In this document: positions 12,760 through 26,607 of the stretch, piece after piece
How positions within the stretch are numbered: the first letter of the stretch is position 1
How the letters are laid out: each line of letters starts with the position of its first letter
Source: Squalus acanthias
Taxonomy: Eukaryota
Length of the DNA stretch: 64,000 bases
Reading direction: 5' to 3'
Assembly: GCA_030390025.1 (NCBI GenBank)
Contig: CM059431.1
Coordinates: 114,020,001-114,084,000 of the forward strand
Program-made: the position numbers and the translations under genes
The notes under the pieces: generated by a model
Seen by the model: the letters and a program-made list of their open reading frames with translations, nothing else
Databases searched by the model: none
What the model was told of the DNA's origin: nothing

Positions 12760-13568
12760 TGTACCATTATGCTATCCACCTTGGGTGCAGGAACGGGAGG
12801 GCAAATTATTATTTAAATGGCAATAAATTGGGAGAGGGGGAAGTACAGAGAGACCTGGGTGTTCTTGTACACCAGTCACTGAAGGCGAGCATGCAGGTGC
12901 AACAGGCGGTCAAGAAGGCAAACGGTATGCTGGCCTTCATAGCAAAAGGGTTGGAATACAGGAACAGGGATACCTTGCTGCAGCTGTACAGGGCACTGGT
13001 GAGACCACACCTCGAGTACTGTGTACAGTTTTGGTCGCCTCATCTGAGGAAAGATGTTCTTGCCATGGAGGGGGTGCAGCGGCGATTCACCAGGCTGATA
13101 CCAGGAATGGCAGGATTGACCTATGAGGAGAGACTATGTAGTTTAGGGATGTACACACTGGAGTTTAGAAGATTGAGAGGGGACCTCATAGAAGTGTATA
13201 AAATTCTGACAGGTCTAGACAGACTAGATGCAGAAGGAATGTTTCCCTTGGCGGGTGAGAACAGAACTAGAGGACATAATTTAAGGATAAGGGCTAAACC
13301 ATTTAGGACAGAAATGAGGGGGAATTTCTTCACTCAGAGGGTGGTGAACCTGTGGAACTCATTGCCACAGAGGGCAGTGTACGCCAGCTCATTAAATATA
13401 TTTAAGAGGGAATTAGATATATTTCTACAGGCAAAAGGGGTTAAGAGTTACGGAGAGAAGGCGGGGACAGGATACTGAATTGGAGGATCAGCCATGATCT
13501 CATTAAATGGCGGAGCAGGCTTGAAGGGCCGGATGGCCTACTCCTGCTCCTATCTTCTATGTATTATG
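12760..13568 (+). mobile_element. 5'-truncated CR1 (HER1-like) LINE
   Basis: ORF 12759-13478 is the CR1 ORF2 C-terminus (RDLGV...[19 protein letters not shown]); 3' UTR gatcagccatgat...ggcctactcctgctcct. Confidence 0.95.
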
Positions 13569-15924
13569 ACCTCATCTCCAATTAGCATGAGCTGGAGATT
13601 ATAACATAGAACCCATGTTGTGTGTACTGGCTACTGTAATCTCACAACTGCCATCATCTGTATTGTCCTGTCTTTAGAGTGGTAATCAGGTTGCCATCTG
13701 CAATGAGACAGGGTATGATTGTAAACTATCAAACTTGTTTTATACATGAATTAATAAAATAGTTTTCACTGCAGTTACTTAATACTCCTCATCCTATTTA
13801 AAATAATAAAATTGCAAACTTTTTGGGGCAAAAGGGATACTTTTGAGCTAGCTAAAGCCAAGCTAAGTGATACAGGCTTTAGGTTACAATAAGCATGGGT
13901 TCATTCTAACATCCTGGGGAGAGAGAATGAACAAAAGAGGTCCCCATACCCCTCAACACCAGGTGTTCAAGTAGGATTGGGCCGAGCTGCCATTCAAAGT
14001 TACCATTATGACCGATATGTCAATCCTTTGCTATGGGAGACTAAGGTACTTGAGTGTCTGTGTAGTCAAGTCTCTTGATGGGTGCACTGATTGGAAACCA
14101 TCCTTGGCAGTTTTAAATGTCATAAAGAAACCATTTCATCTCTATGGCAAGAAAGGCTTAACATTATACCCTACATTCCCCATTGTCTCAAAGCTACAGA
14201 AACTTGCAGATAAACATTTTTATTACTGATCCACCTATGAGTGGCTAATTAGCACTTCAAATCTCTCTAGTTTCAGGTGTGCTGACTTACTATTCAAGAA
14301 ATATTATAAATTGACAAAATTATGCTCAGGTAATGATAGCAACCCCAAAATGCTACACTAGTGTACAAATGTATTTTTGTCAGAGCTAATACTCACCAAA
14401 ATAAACACATGTGGACATTACAAATATTAAGAAAGGGACGATAAGTCTGCGCACATACTTGGATCAATGCAACTTCAATTTGTTATGCACTGGCCACCAG
14501 TCATCGTAGGCTTTCAACAAACTGTTTTGATTCAGTATGCCAGTATTCCAAGAACATCTGGCACTTATTGACTGATAAATGGGAAGCTGTTTAAATGGCA
14601 CAGTTTCTAGAGCTCCCAAAGGATTTTCAGAATTTAGCAGCAAACTGTTTGCGCCATGTCAAATTTTGAACGGAACTCAAGTGTGTGTTTGGAATATGCT
14701 TGGAGCTTGGTTAAAACCTGAAAGTCTAACTTTGATGAAACAAGTTATTGTTTGTGGGCAGATGAGCAGAACATACCAGACGTTACTATGGCAATGAACA
14801 AGAAGTTAAAACATACATCAAATAAAGATACAAATAGTTGTATTTGCAAATCTAGAAATTACTACATCTAAAAGACGGCCTTTTCAAAGTGATTTTTTAT
14901 TTGTTCATTTGGAGAGCCTGGATCTGCACATCTGAGAACCAAATCTGAGTTTAATCTAACAAAAAAACCCAATTAATCACGGTGATGAAAACAGACCTTT
15001 TGTCCTGCACCAATCAAGGAAAGCTTGTGTTTCATTTGAGTTTAGATAGGGCGAATATATTTAAAAATTAGTTTTAGCTAGCCATAGCTAAAAATAAATG
15101 TCAGGGAAGTGGCCAACATACAAAACTGTCCATATATCGCGTTTCAAAGAGGGGCAGCTAGCTTTTGTGTCTCATACCACTGCGTGCACTTAAACAGATT
15201 CCAAAATAAAGTTTGCTTGGTAGTGCCTGTCTTGGAAATGCTAGTGTGTGTGTGTGAATTTGCAGATTGGTGGAAAATAGACAAAATTTATTACCCATCG
15301 GGGATATGCTCAAGAAGATAGTTAGTTACACTCCTGTGACATGCAAGATTTTTGAAAAAGACAACGAATTAGCTGCTCAGCTTTAGTCCCGTCTCAGTTC
15401 AGTCTGACAGTGGTTCAGAGCAGCGGGAATCCTACATCACTTATCACAGCCAAGCCCAGAAGTAAGCAAATGGGCAACACTGCAGCCATAAATATTGGGA
15501 AGCCTATGAAAGGTAGTTTCATCCAAAAGCTTTACAGATTATTCATGCACTAAAGAGGATACATTAAAATCTTAAAGATTTATTCCATATTTTCAAGTAT
15601 TTGTACCATCAGTATCTTGCTGTGTCTTTCTGCTTCTCTGCAATTACAATACTTATACATAAATCTATTTTTCTTTTAGCATGAACTGATCAGAATGTGG
15701 TCTTTTGAAATATGTAGAACATGGTGGGCACCAGTGATGTCCAGTGTAATATCCTGTAATTAAGGGGTAACTGTTAGCCCAGTGTCATGCTATACCACTC
15801 AAGGCATATCTAAGGATCCATGAAGCAGTTAACAGAGTTGTGATGTGCTTATGGAAACTGCCTCTTTGCCATGAACACAAATGAAAGTGTTGGGAGAAAA
15901 CCAGTTGACATTTTTGAAAAAATC

Positions 15925-15930
15925 TTTATT
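15925..15930 (-). terminator. Candidate OBI1 polyadenylation signal (3' UTR about 1.65 kb)
   Basis: AATAAA on the minus strand followed by T/GT-rich sequence, at the end of an AT-rich repeat-free stretch below the stop codon. Confidence 0.5.
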
Positions 15931-17572
15931 GTATGAACAGTATATCACAGTTGAAAACTGGATTTTCCCCTCACTTTGCATCTACTGTTGCAGACATGTA
16001 CAGAAAATAAAACAAATATTAAGTCAATGAAAATACTTTTAAGCACACAAAGACAAATAACAAATAGACAACTTAAGTTTTTTTTTTAATATTTCTACAC
16101 GGTGCTTTAAATGATCAACCAAAAAAAAAGACTGCACAACAACACATTCATTTTGATTCTATTGGGGGCGGAATAAGATTTAGCAAAAGATCACACTTTG
16201 TGCAGTTCATTTCTCTGCCGGAAGAGTCTACTTTATAAAAATAAATTAAAATAGTCTCCTTATATTCTAGAATCCCATTTAAGTACAGAGAGTTTTCTTA
16301 TTTGTATATCATTACCTCCTCTTCCTTTAGTTAGGGTACACAATTCATGCAGCTATCAGCAGCAGGTAGGTTACAGATGCCCTGAACAGTCACCAATACC
16401 ACTTCATGCTCAGTTGATTGAAGGATAAAGCAAACTCAATTTCCACATTACTCAAAGTGAAGTGCTTAGTTCTGTGAGTATCATTTCCAATAAGCCCTTT
16501 GAAAGGTTGATAAAATGCTAACATTTGTTGACTCAAACTTCATTCATCATTAAGCGCAAAACTGCATTTGGGGGGAAAGGAAGCCTGCAGCATCATTATA
16601 ACAGTGGGCTACTCTCCACTTAGCAAAGTGTCCCAAACCATTATTGCTTTTTTTTCGGAAGCACACTGGTAGATAGGATGTGCAGATTAAGCATGGTCAA
16701 GCTCTCTACACATCTCGGATCAGAGCAAACTCAACTGGGTGCTACATACAAAAGCAGTTGACTGACTCACAAAGGGGAAAAAAATATTTATATAAAGTCT
16801 GCTAGATTTTAAAAAATATGTTCACTTTTAGCTACCAATTTGAAATGATATTGTTGGCAGCTTTCCAATCTCCACCTAGTGAATTGACTACAAAAATGGA
16901 TGAGCACTACAAGAATTTTATTGATGTGCTCAACTCTCACCCAGGACTTTAGAATTTGCTCACCACTTACATTTCAGCTATAGTGAGCAAAAACACAAAT
17001 ATGCCACCTTTATAATTTGGATGTCTGTCTACATTTCCTCAGCTGTATTCAATGTACACAGACTAAGCTTTTGCTGCTGCAATTGTTTCTTCCTCACTTC
17101 CTTCAGTACAATAGCCTTCCGCTTCCATCATTCATTTTAGTAAGTAAATTGTACTCCAATTTTAAACAAAAAAAAGTACTAGACTCCTCGCTTAGCACCA
17201 CCCTAAAAATGGAAAACAAGGTAGATTTACTGCTAGACACATTTGGTATTAAGAACAGAGTCAAGTCTCAGTAATGCTGTGCTGCTTAACACTGTTGAAT
17301 TGTATTGACACACTAGACCAGATGATATTTTGCTTCTGCACTCCCCAGACCATGATCTTCTGCCCATTTAATAAGAGGAAAATCATGGGCTGTCGAGTGC
17401 AGAAGCAGAAAACCTGTACCCACTGGGTTTTGTTGCGCCACATATTTGATTGTGCTGTCCTAAATAATACTTCATAAGGGGGCACTTGTAACAAAGGAGG
17501 CAAATTATGAAGATGATCAGATGGTATCAAAATTCCACAGAAAAAAAATCTAACTGCAATAAGGGTTTCAAT

Positions 17573-19100
17573 TTAGAAATCCTTTTTTGAAGATTTAGAT
17601 GGACTGGATAAATCTTCACCATAACTCTGTGGTTTTCTTTTACTAGTCTGGCATCTGTTGGTTGCTTCCAGCATTTTTTCATTTTCAGGCATTAAACAGC
17701 TGTTCCACAAAGATGCTTTCTTATGCTGCAGGCTAGATAATTCAGAAGATACTGAGAGAAAAGGGGAACTAAAACTACTTTGGAAAGATGTTTTCTCTTC
17801 TGAAGTCAAAGATTCTTCTTTTATGTCTAAAGCAACTGGAGGCACTATGGGCAACGAAACCACACTTCGCCCATCATTATTTGCTATCTGATCTCTGGTA
17901 TCTGAAGCAGGGGCACACAGCTGGTTTTGTCTCATTTTCTGTTCTAATCTTTTTTCAGCTTCATTCAAAAGTTCAGTGCACTGCGCCAGATCTGATGTTA
18001 AAGACATGTCAAGGTCAGAGAGGTCTTCGGATATCAGAGAGCATTGAGGATTTCTTAGGTTCTCCGTTTCATCCAACATGAAGTCCAGCTCGGATATCTT
18101 TTCTCGGTAGGCTGCATCCATTGACGTCTCACTGGATGTTCTTGAACGTACATCGCCACATTCAGGAACACAAGGAACATCAGTAACTGGGCTACCTGTT
18201 AAATTTGGCATTTTGCCCTCCGATTTGGCCATGGGGTCTTCAGATTGAGAAGTCAGCAAGTTTTTTCTGAGAGTGCTTTTATGGGGACTTTCAGTAGGAA
18301 GAGGTTGACAAGCATTCCAAAACGTCAGGCTACTGGAAGTGAACTCTGCATTCTGCATACGATTGCAGTCAACATTTTGCTTTGATAAAATTTGCTCTTC
18401 AGAACATGCATTTCTCCAGCCAGCATCATCAAAACAAAGTTTTCTTAAGTGGGTCAACTTCTTTCCCGCATTTCTCTTTTTCATCAGGGGACTTGCTTCG
18501 TCATCTGTACTGTGAAGGTGGAGGCCACCAAGTGATGTGGATGGAGTACAAGGGCTAGGAAGTTCAAATTGTATCTCACTCTCATCTGCAGGTGCAGTGC
18601 AGCCCTCTTCCTTCTCATTAGTCTTCTGGAATAAAAACAAAGCATCATTCTCAACAGCAGCTGTCGTTAAAAGTCCATCATCAGCAGGGGCCCTGTTTTT
18701 TGGAGCTGGATCAGATATTGTTCCACTTAAAGTTTGCTGACAAGAGAAATTAAAACAGGTTGATTCAGCACCATCTACCTGGTTGACCAATGGCTGCTCG
18801 ATTTTACTGAGGCTTCTCCTCATGGCTATGATCCTGTTCTCCTTGGCGTTATCATGATGGTTCCATAGTTCTCCACAGCTTCCGTTTTCTCCAGTCTGCA
18901 GAGAAGCAGATGGTGATTCTGGGCAGAGTTTCCCACCTTCATTCTCTTTTTCTTCACTCCTTCCCTTCAGTTGTTCAATCTGGAACTCCATATCTTCTAT
19001 GTACTTGTCACTCCGTTCCAACGCCCTTTTTAGACGATTCATCTCACGTTCATATTGTTCAACCTTTGACTGAAGAGCAGCCACTGTGAACCTTCCAAAT
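17573..19100 (-). CDS. OBI1: OBI1 last coding exon 6 (long low-complexity C-terminus)
   Basis: TTGCAG| acceptor; (K)FGRFTVAALQSKVEQYEREMNRLKRALERSDKYIE... to TAA at 17573-17575; the six exons sum to 2181 nt in frame. Confidence 0.96.
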
Positions 19101-21559
19101 CTGCAACCATAGAGAAAGAATTTATAGAAACATAAATTGGTACAAAGTAGAAGAGTGGTTTTGTGAGCATCTAGTTCTGAGCTGATGTCCCTGACCAGAA
19201 CCTCCAGCTTAAAAGCAAAGTATATACTGGGTACTATGGTTTACAGGCTATTTAAAATCAGTTATATTATATCATGGAATAGTAGTAGTAATGACATCAA
19301 AACATAGCATCCTCACACTTTATTGTGATTACAAGATTTAGAAAAATAGGAGCTTTGATCAACTATATGAACTCAGACCATTTAACTGAGAAGGGTATAT
19401 ATTTGATTTTAAAAAACAATTAAATTCAGAGGACTGGGTGGCGTAGTCAAGTTAACAGTAAAATCTAGCATCTGCATTTGAATCTCCTAAAGATGCGTCT
19501 CTCTGCCAACCATACAACTCCCAAGTGATGCGAGTTTGGAAAGTTCCAGAAACAGTGCTCATCACGAGGCCAACCAATGCAATGATTATTTTTTTCACTT
19601 TAACATTGGGTAGTAAGGCTATTCTGGAGCATGTTTCCCTAATTACAGAACAAATAATAAATTAAGAACAACCTATAAGTAAAGCATTAAAAGTCTTGCA
19701 GCATAATTCAAGCTACTGGACTGACCATCGTTTTTTTTGAAGTTAAATCTGCATCTCAACTTTCCACTTAAATATTCACATTTTAGTCGCAGTGCTCTCT
19801 TTGCTTAGGATAATGGTCATTAATTGTGGGTTCCATCAGCAAACAATCACTGCTTTAAAATGTGGTTTATAAACCACACTTCATACTCCACTCCTAAAGT
19901 AGGACTCAAACCCGCACTAAGAGCACTCTAACTGATTGACATTGTTTCATTGTAAATTGATAAAAGCCTACTTTCCTAAGCGAAGGGATGTGAATGCCAC
20001 CCACAAAATGAGTTCCTTATTAGATACATTAGTGCATCTTTCCATTCCAAATTGTGCTTCCAAACAACTTGACCTGATAATGAAGAGTTGCTGGGAGATA
20101 ATTTTTAAAAACTAAAATGATTAAATTTAAACCACTCCTTCAGGATGTATGTCAAAACATCAGAATTCCCCATTAAAAACAAACCCCTCGTTACCTCAAA
20201 CATTTTGTAAAATGATTTTCATCCTTCAGGTCCCAGCTTGCCAAGTTCTGGGAAAACCTAAGCATATAGATATAAATGTCTTGATGATGTTTCAGATAGC
20301 CAGCTCTGGGTTCCTACTCTTGCATTTATATAAAGCACCACTGAGCCAATTCATTTTGGGCCAAAGCTAAACTGAAACTAACAAACCATTTTGCACTAAA
20401 CCCCCAAAATTAGATCCATGCAGTCCTGTAGGGATGGATGGGTGGAACTGTGGAAGATGCACATCATTCAAGAATGAAGACAACCCTACAAAGTGGGTAA
20501 TTATCTTTCCTCTTCATTCTGCATTGTTTATAAACTAAAGCGGCATACCATAGTAGTAAAGCTTTAGGACCGCAGCCTTGATGTAGGAGTCATTACATTA
20601 GCTCTCAGGAGTTATGTCAAAGGCACTGTCAAGTGCTGCAGCTAAATCTAGATAGTAATTGCTAGTAAATATGTGAGGATTGCTTCATTTGACAGCCAAT
20701 ATTTGCTATAAATTAAAACCCATTGGAGAGATGCAAAGAAGCAGCCCGAGAACAGGTGGACCAAGTGCAGGATGTTAGCAGTGCACGGACTCATCCATTT
20801 GGCTATCTACTCCTTTGTCACCGATTTGCCTTGGGTCCTTGTAACACAGGAAACAAATGCTCAAGACTGTCTAAATTGCTTTGTGAGACCTGGGGCTCTG
20901 CAGGTATTTACATAGTGTTTGGTTCTGGTTTGTCTGGTGGCAGACAGTGCAGCAGTTTCTTGTCCCAGATGAAACGAGGTAGTGCCTTCAAGTAAAAACC
21001 TCAGGTAAGCCAGTTTTTTGGAATGCCAAATAAAACACAGAATAGCTCACTCACCTTCGGAGCCAAAACAACACTAATAGTGCGGTTTTTCCAAATAAGT
21101 TCATACATTCAAAAGAGGTTTGAATAGTGGATATAGTAACTTGTGAAGAATGCAAGATTCCAATTGAAAACCAATTACGGCCTAACTAGTCATAATTGAC
21201 ATATAACTTGCATAATATGGAGATACTAATGAGTGCTCTCTTAATGATCGAAACATTAAACGGCCCTAAAAGACTGAAATAGCTGCAACATGAACCTAAA
21301 TAGAATAGGTTTTAAATTAAATGCTGGAGAGACTGCAGAATGCAGGAGGATATTATACGAGGTAGCTCTAACTAACTAGGAATACCAATGCACAAATGTT
21401 TCCCATTTTGTGTTATAAACTCTATTAGTAAATCACTCTATATGAACTAGGCAGAGACAGGGCACCCTGGTATCAGAGTTGTCACCCTTCAATAGCCAGG
21501 CTAATCAATTAGACTGCCTTCATGTCTGCACACTATATTTAACCTTATGTGAACTGCAG

Positions 21560-22680
21560 TTCCGAAGAAGTGATTCTGAATGCAGCCATGTTAGTCTGCA
21601 GCTCAATACACCATTGAGTACATCGGCCTAGACCTTTGCGACTGCAGTCCATAGGAATATGAATACGAGAAGCTATGTAAAACGTACCGCTTACAGTCTA
21701 CATGAAGGTTGTTGAAAGGAATCTACTCTTGGGCAGAGACCTCTAGAAAAAGTACATTGAGGATTTGGGCAACTCTAGCGCAAACACCTGCACATTTGGA
21801 GCTTTACTCTTTGAATTTGCCCTGGGGAATTCCTCATTACCTTCCTATTGCCCCTCAAGGGAACCCGGTTCTCAACCTCCTGTGGATAGGTAGGCAGATT
21901 CTAGAGCAAACCCATTGGTCACTGCTGGTTATGGGGTTGCATTCTGCACCACCATGGACAGGAGCATGGCTCTCGTTGCTGTCATGTCATGGAGGGTCTT
22001 GCTCATGAAGTCAAGTTGGTCATGTACTCTACTCTGTAGTTCCCTGGTGTATTCTCCAGGGAAGTAAGCCAGATTCGCTGCATTTTCCTCGAACCTTCCT
22101 AAATGGAGTCTGCGACGGTCTCAAAGGTTGTAACCCCAGTAAACATAGAGCACACAGTGATCATATCTGTGCAAGTGAAGAAACGTTACCCATTCTTCAG
22201 AGTGGAGAGCTTGGGTTATAGTCTGGAAAACTTCCCAGTGTCCCTTAAAGGGGTATTTGAGGTTTATTTGAATGATGCTCGAGGGAGTATATTCCAAAGG
22301 ATAATCAGTGTCAACCAGCATCAGTACAGTCCTGGACATTGCAAAGAACTCTGAACAGTGAGGTCCCTTTCTGAGAGGAGTCCCATATTACTGGAGCAAG
22401 CATTAACTCCTAGGATGGGGTAGGTGTAATCTGCCAGAATTCAAGTAGTCTTCATTACCAATGATCTCTTGATGCAAAATAAAGTCTCTGCATCGTGCAG
22501 CATGAATGGGTACTAGCCGGTGCATTTTCTGTCTCCGCATCATCTGACACTGGTGAGTTTCCGACATTAACTGAAGTTGTCAAATCTTCGGGATGTGGTG
22601 CTAGTTTTTCCTCAACACAGATCTCTGCTCATCAACATGCCACTTGGCATCTTCGGCTTATTGTACTTTTCCATTGTTCT
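21560..22680 (-). mobile_element. Possible ancient DIRS-like retroelement RT relic
   Basis: Minus ORF 22121-22339 (FKGHWEVFQTITQALHSEEWVTFLHL) weakly recalls the DIRS RT FKMET...GDW...LDL segment; boundaries uncertain. Confidence 0.25.
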
Positions 22681-22860
22681 GAATAATGCTGAAAACACGG
22701 TGTAGCTTTTCCTTCGAGATAGGAACAGGAGGAGGCCATTCAGCCCCTTGAGCCTTTTCCACCATTCAATTATGATGTGGAGATGCCGGTGTTGGACTGG
22801 GGTGGACAAATGTGAGAAGTCGTACAACACCAGGTTATAGTCCAACAGCTTTATCTGAAA

Positions 22861-22897
22861 TCACAAGCTTTCGGAGCACTGCTCCTTCGTCAGGTGA
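22861..22897 (-). ncRNA. Minimal hammerhead ribozyme motif (PLE-type), sense to the OBI1 pre-mRNA
   Basis: Minus strand reads TCAC-CTGACGA-A-GGAGC agt GCTCC-GAAA-GC-TT-GTGA. Confidence 0.75.
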
Positions 22898-23066
22898 AGT
22901 GAAGAGATGCATATAGGCACAGCATATATAGTCAGAGAACACTGCCAGATGATTACATGATTATCTCTCTGCCAAGGTGTGATAAAGGGCAGTTAGAAAG
23001 ATTAACTGTAATCATCTGGCAGTGTTCTCTGACTATATATGCTGTGCCTATATGCATCTCTTCACT

Positions 23067-23103
23067 TCACCTGATGAAGGAGCAGCACTCCGAAAGCTTG
23101 TGA
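23067..23103 (+). ncRNA. Minimal hammerhead ribozyme motif (PLE-type)
   Basis: TCAC-CTGATGA-A-GGAG cagca CTCC-GAAA-GC-TT-GTGA: core CUGAUGA and GAAA, stem II, stem I TCAC/GTGA, palindromic AAGCTT stem III. Confidence 0.75.
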
Positions 23104-25223
23104 TTTCAAATAAAGCTGTTGGACTATAACCTGGTGTTGTGAGACTTCTCACCATTCAATTAGATCACGGCTGATCTGTACCTCAACTCCATTTATCCAC
23201 CTTAGCTCCATATCCCTTGATACCCTTAACCTAACAAAGAACTAGCGATCGGTTTTGAAAGCTACAATTGTCTCAGCATCCACAGCCTTTTGAGAGAGAG
23301 AGAATTCCTGATTTCTACTACCCTTTGTGAAAATGTGCTTCCTGATTTCCCTCCTAAATGGCCTAACTCTAATTTTAAGATCACATCACTCGTCCTTGAT
23401 TCCTCCATCAGAGGAAATAGTTTTTCTGTATCTACCTTATCGAATCCTTTCAACATTTTAAAAAACCTCGATCAGATCACCCTCAACCTTCTATACTCAA
23501 GGCATCCTAGGCAAATTTGCACAATATTTAAAACCATTGGTAGATGCTGATGCAGACATGCTAACCAAACTATGAAGACATGTAATTTGTTTTGATGCAA
23601 GCAATGTATTGCATGGACCAGTCCCAAAGGGATACGTATGACCATAGCTCAGTTGGGGTGCACTCTCATTAAATTGTAACATTCCATGCCACTTGCATGC
23701 TAATTTTTATTGTTTTTGGCTGCTTTCATTATTTTTTATACAGCCATCTAAGTGTCACCATTCAGGCTAAAAGTTTAGCTTTTCTTTTGCAAGCTTATCC
23801 TGAAGAAGACAGCCTAGTACAATATTCATTAGCCAGTGATAACCAGTGTAGACAACTTAAGTCTCTTGGGAAACACAAAGACACAAGAACCACAGAGCAG
23901 GTCAGATAAATGAACAGAAAATCTGTCTAATCCAAGCCACGTCTTAAAGAGGATGTAGGCTTTATTCCAAACTTTTGACGAGAGATATGATGTGAAGAGC
24001 AAAGAACCTTCAGTCGGCAGAAAAGGAACTGGTGCAATGGGCAGGGCCTTTATACGACACAGCACAGCCAATTCTGCATAGTCATGACTATTTATACGTG
24101 TGTAGTCAGCACATGGTTCTTCCAGAATTTAGGCTATAATCCTAACGCGTGGAGGGTGCAGAACGTATGACAATTCCTTGGAATTGCTTCCTATGCTTCG
24201 ATTGCTGGTCCAGCAAATGCAGTGGGCTGGTGTGTCAGGCAACAACTGCAAAGAACATTGCAGAGCTCCCAGATATCAGAGGAATTAATGTGCGCACATA
24301 AAAACAACAGTTAAAAGTTTGCTCTTTGCGTGGACTGCCAATCCAGAATAGTTCTCTCTCAGCAGATGTGAGCACTCCAACTCAGGAGTTAATGGGCTAA
24401 TGCCCAGCCCAGTAGGGATGAGCTTTGCAAGTACAAAACGCTATGGATAGTAACTAGCTACAAAGTAGAAGGCACTTATCGCAATGATTTTATACACTTT
24501 AGGGCTGTGTTTATGTACCAAGATTAAAAGGGAAGATATTTAAAGCCACACAGCAAGGGGGATCAGGTAGCACACTATCATTTTATTCCTTCCAGCAAAT
24601 TTCAAATTCAGTCCAGTCTCATGGATGAAAAGCTTCCCTCTCCATTGGCTGCAAAGGTCCTGTGTGAAATAACTTGGGACAGTTTCAATCTAATTTCTAG
24701 GGATAGTTTCTATAGGTGGTAGGTCAACACCAAAAAGACCCACCCCCCCCTAATTGGACACTAATAATCTCACCGAGAGGGTGTGGGATCCTTCACCTTA
24801 ATGAGCCTAAAAATTTCCCAAAATAATTACACGTGTACGTTTCGGTAAAAAGACCAGTCAAGAGCGTAGACAGTAGACAGCTTGGATGAAGTAAACGTAA
24901 TGGTACAGATATTTGCTCTCCAGGAGCTCATACTGGGAATTCGGGTATGTCCTCCCCTAACTATCCATCCATCAATTGAATGGATGGAACATTATGGGAC
25001 GTGTAGTCTCGTTTCCCGATAAGCACGCCAAGTGAAGCTCCACACCGGGAGCGCAAATTTGTAAAATGGCTCCTTAAATTGTTATTTTTTTTTTAAAATA
25101 ATATGTCAACTAATGGTTTCTAGTAAAGCCAAAAAAGTAGTCAGCTGCAGCTTCCTCAACTGAATAAATTAAGCAACAGTCAGTCAGTCAGCAGGATAAC
25201 TGCAATGTGCACGACACCTGAAC

Positions 25224-25640
25224 TTTGAGAAAAATGAGAGGAGATCTCATTGAAACTTACAAGATTCTGAGGGGGATTGGCAGGGTAGATGCTGAGAGAT
25301 TGTTTCCCCCTGGCTGGAGTGTCTAGAACTAGGGGGCAGAGTCTCAGGACAAGGGGTCGGCCATTTAAGACTGAAGTGAGGAAGAATTTCTTCACTCAGA
25401 GGGTTGTGAATCTTTGGAATTCTCTGCCCCAGAGGGCTGTGGATGCTGAGTCTTTTTAGAGTATATTCAAGGCTGAGATAGATAGATTTTTGGACTCTAG
25501 GGGAATGAAGGGATATGGAGATCGGGAGGGAAAGTGGAGTTGCGGTCGATGATCAGCCATGATCTTATTGAATGGCGGAGCAGGCTCGAGGGGCCGTATG
25601 GCCTACTCCTGCTCTTACTTCTTATGCTCTTATGTTCTTT
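25224..25640 (+). mobile_element. CR1 3' fragment
   Basis: RGDLIETYKIL...FFTQRVVNLWNSLP plus a CR1 3' UTR with (cttatg)n tail. Confidence 0.9.
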
Positions 25641-26008
25641 ATGTAACTGCAGTTTTCAAACTATTTTGTCACTTTTGACTGCATTCTCAGTTACAGGTTT
25701 TGGTGGTCAAGGGAAAGGAGAGGGACCCCCAATAAATATGATGCACAAACATTTTGGGATCATTAGCAGAGTTATATTCAGAATTTAAACATTTTGAAGA
25801 TTACACATTTAATTCAATTTGCCAAGCCTACTTCCACACAAAGTAGTTCCATCCATGTTGAGCTGATTACCTCCATAACACCTTAAATTATATACTGTTT
25901 GCCATACTCAAATCAGGTTTAGCAAGTTAGTATAAAAAACGGGATTTTTTTTCTTCGCTGAGAAAATACCACAAGTTATTAAACCAAAATATTTTGGTTA
26001 GATATATT

Positions 26009-26607
26009 GGCCCAATTATGCTTGGGGTTTTAGCACATTGGAGCCGCTATCAGGGCGAGTAGGGTAGGAATTGGGTGGGAACCGTTTATGCCAAGTGTCT
26101 ACCCCCTTTTGGCTGCACCGGTGTTTCCGACAGGAGTGGATTGGGTGGTTCCTGCATCCAACCCCTTCGGTAGTGATCAGGGAAAGAGGCGTGACTGGTG
26201 GGATGATGCCATCTGGCAGAATTCCCACCAACTCCACTGCACACCAGCATGAAGCAGACATGTAGTTCTTTCCAGATGACGGGAGTGGGGACCACCAAGT
26301 TTGAAATGGCAGCTGATCATTTTACAACAGCCTACTGTAAGGAAAGCAGCTTCCTTGAAAAAGAGCCAGTTCTTTCATATACAAAGATTCTTTGGCGGGA
26401 CCCACAGGCACTTGGCCTCAGTGGCTGGCCTACACTACAATTTCCTCACACCCCACCTAGCAGATGTCCCAGCTGCACTGATATTGTGTGAGCTTTATGA
26501 AAAAAAACCATATCCTGGGAATTCTGATGGGTTTAGGAGTGCCTGGGGCCCGTGAGCATTAAGTCCTGGTTATGATAGCCCTGCAAGCCTCAAGGGAATT
26601 CAAAACC
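26009..26607. mobile_element. Possible old Harbinger-like MITE
   Basis: GC-rich island starting att|ggcccaatt and ending aattcaaaacc|att; TIR match is weak. Confidence 0.3.

Larger units (their letters stand above)
22773..23150. mobile_element. Penelope-like pLTR-derived fold-back insertion
   Basis: About 146-bp inverted arms (22812-22957 and 23007-23152); 13-bp TSD CACCATTCAATTA at 22760 and 23150. Confidence 0.85.
22717..23500 (-). mobile_element. CR1 3' fragment split by a fold-back insertion
   Basis: CR1 3' UTR at 22717-22772 resumes at about 23151; minus ORF 23262-23456 KGFDKVDTEKLFPL...FSQRVV. Confidence 0.85.
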
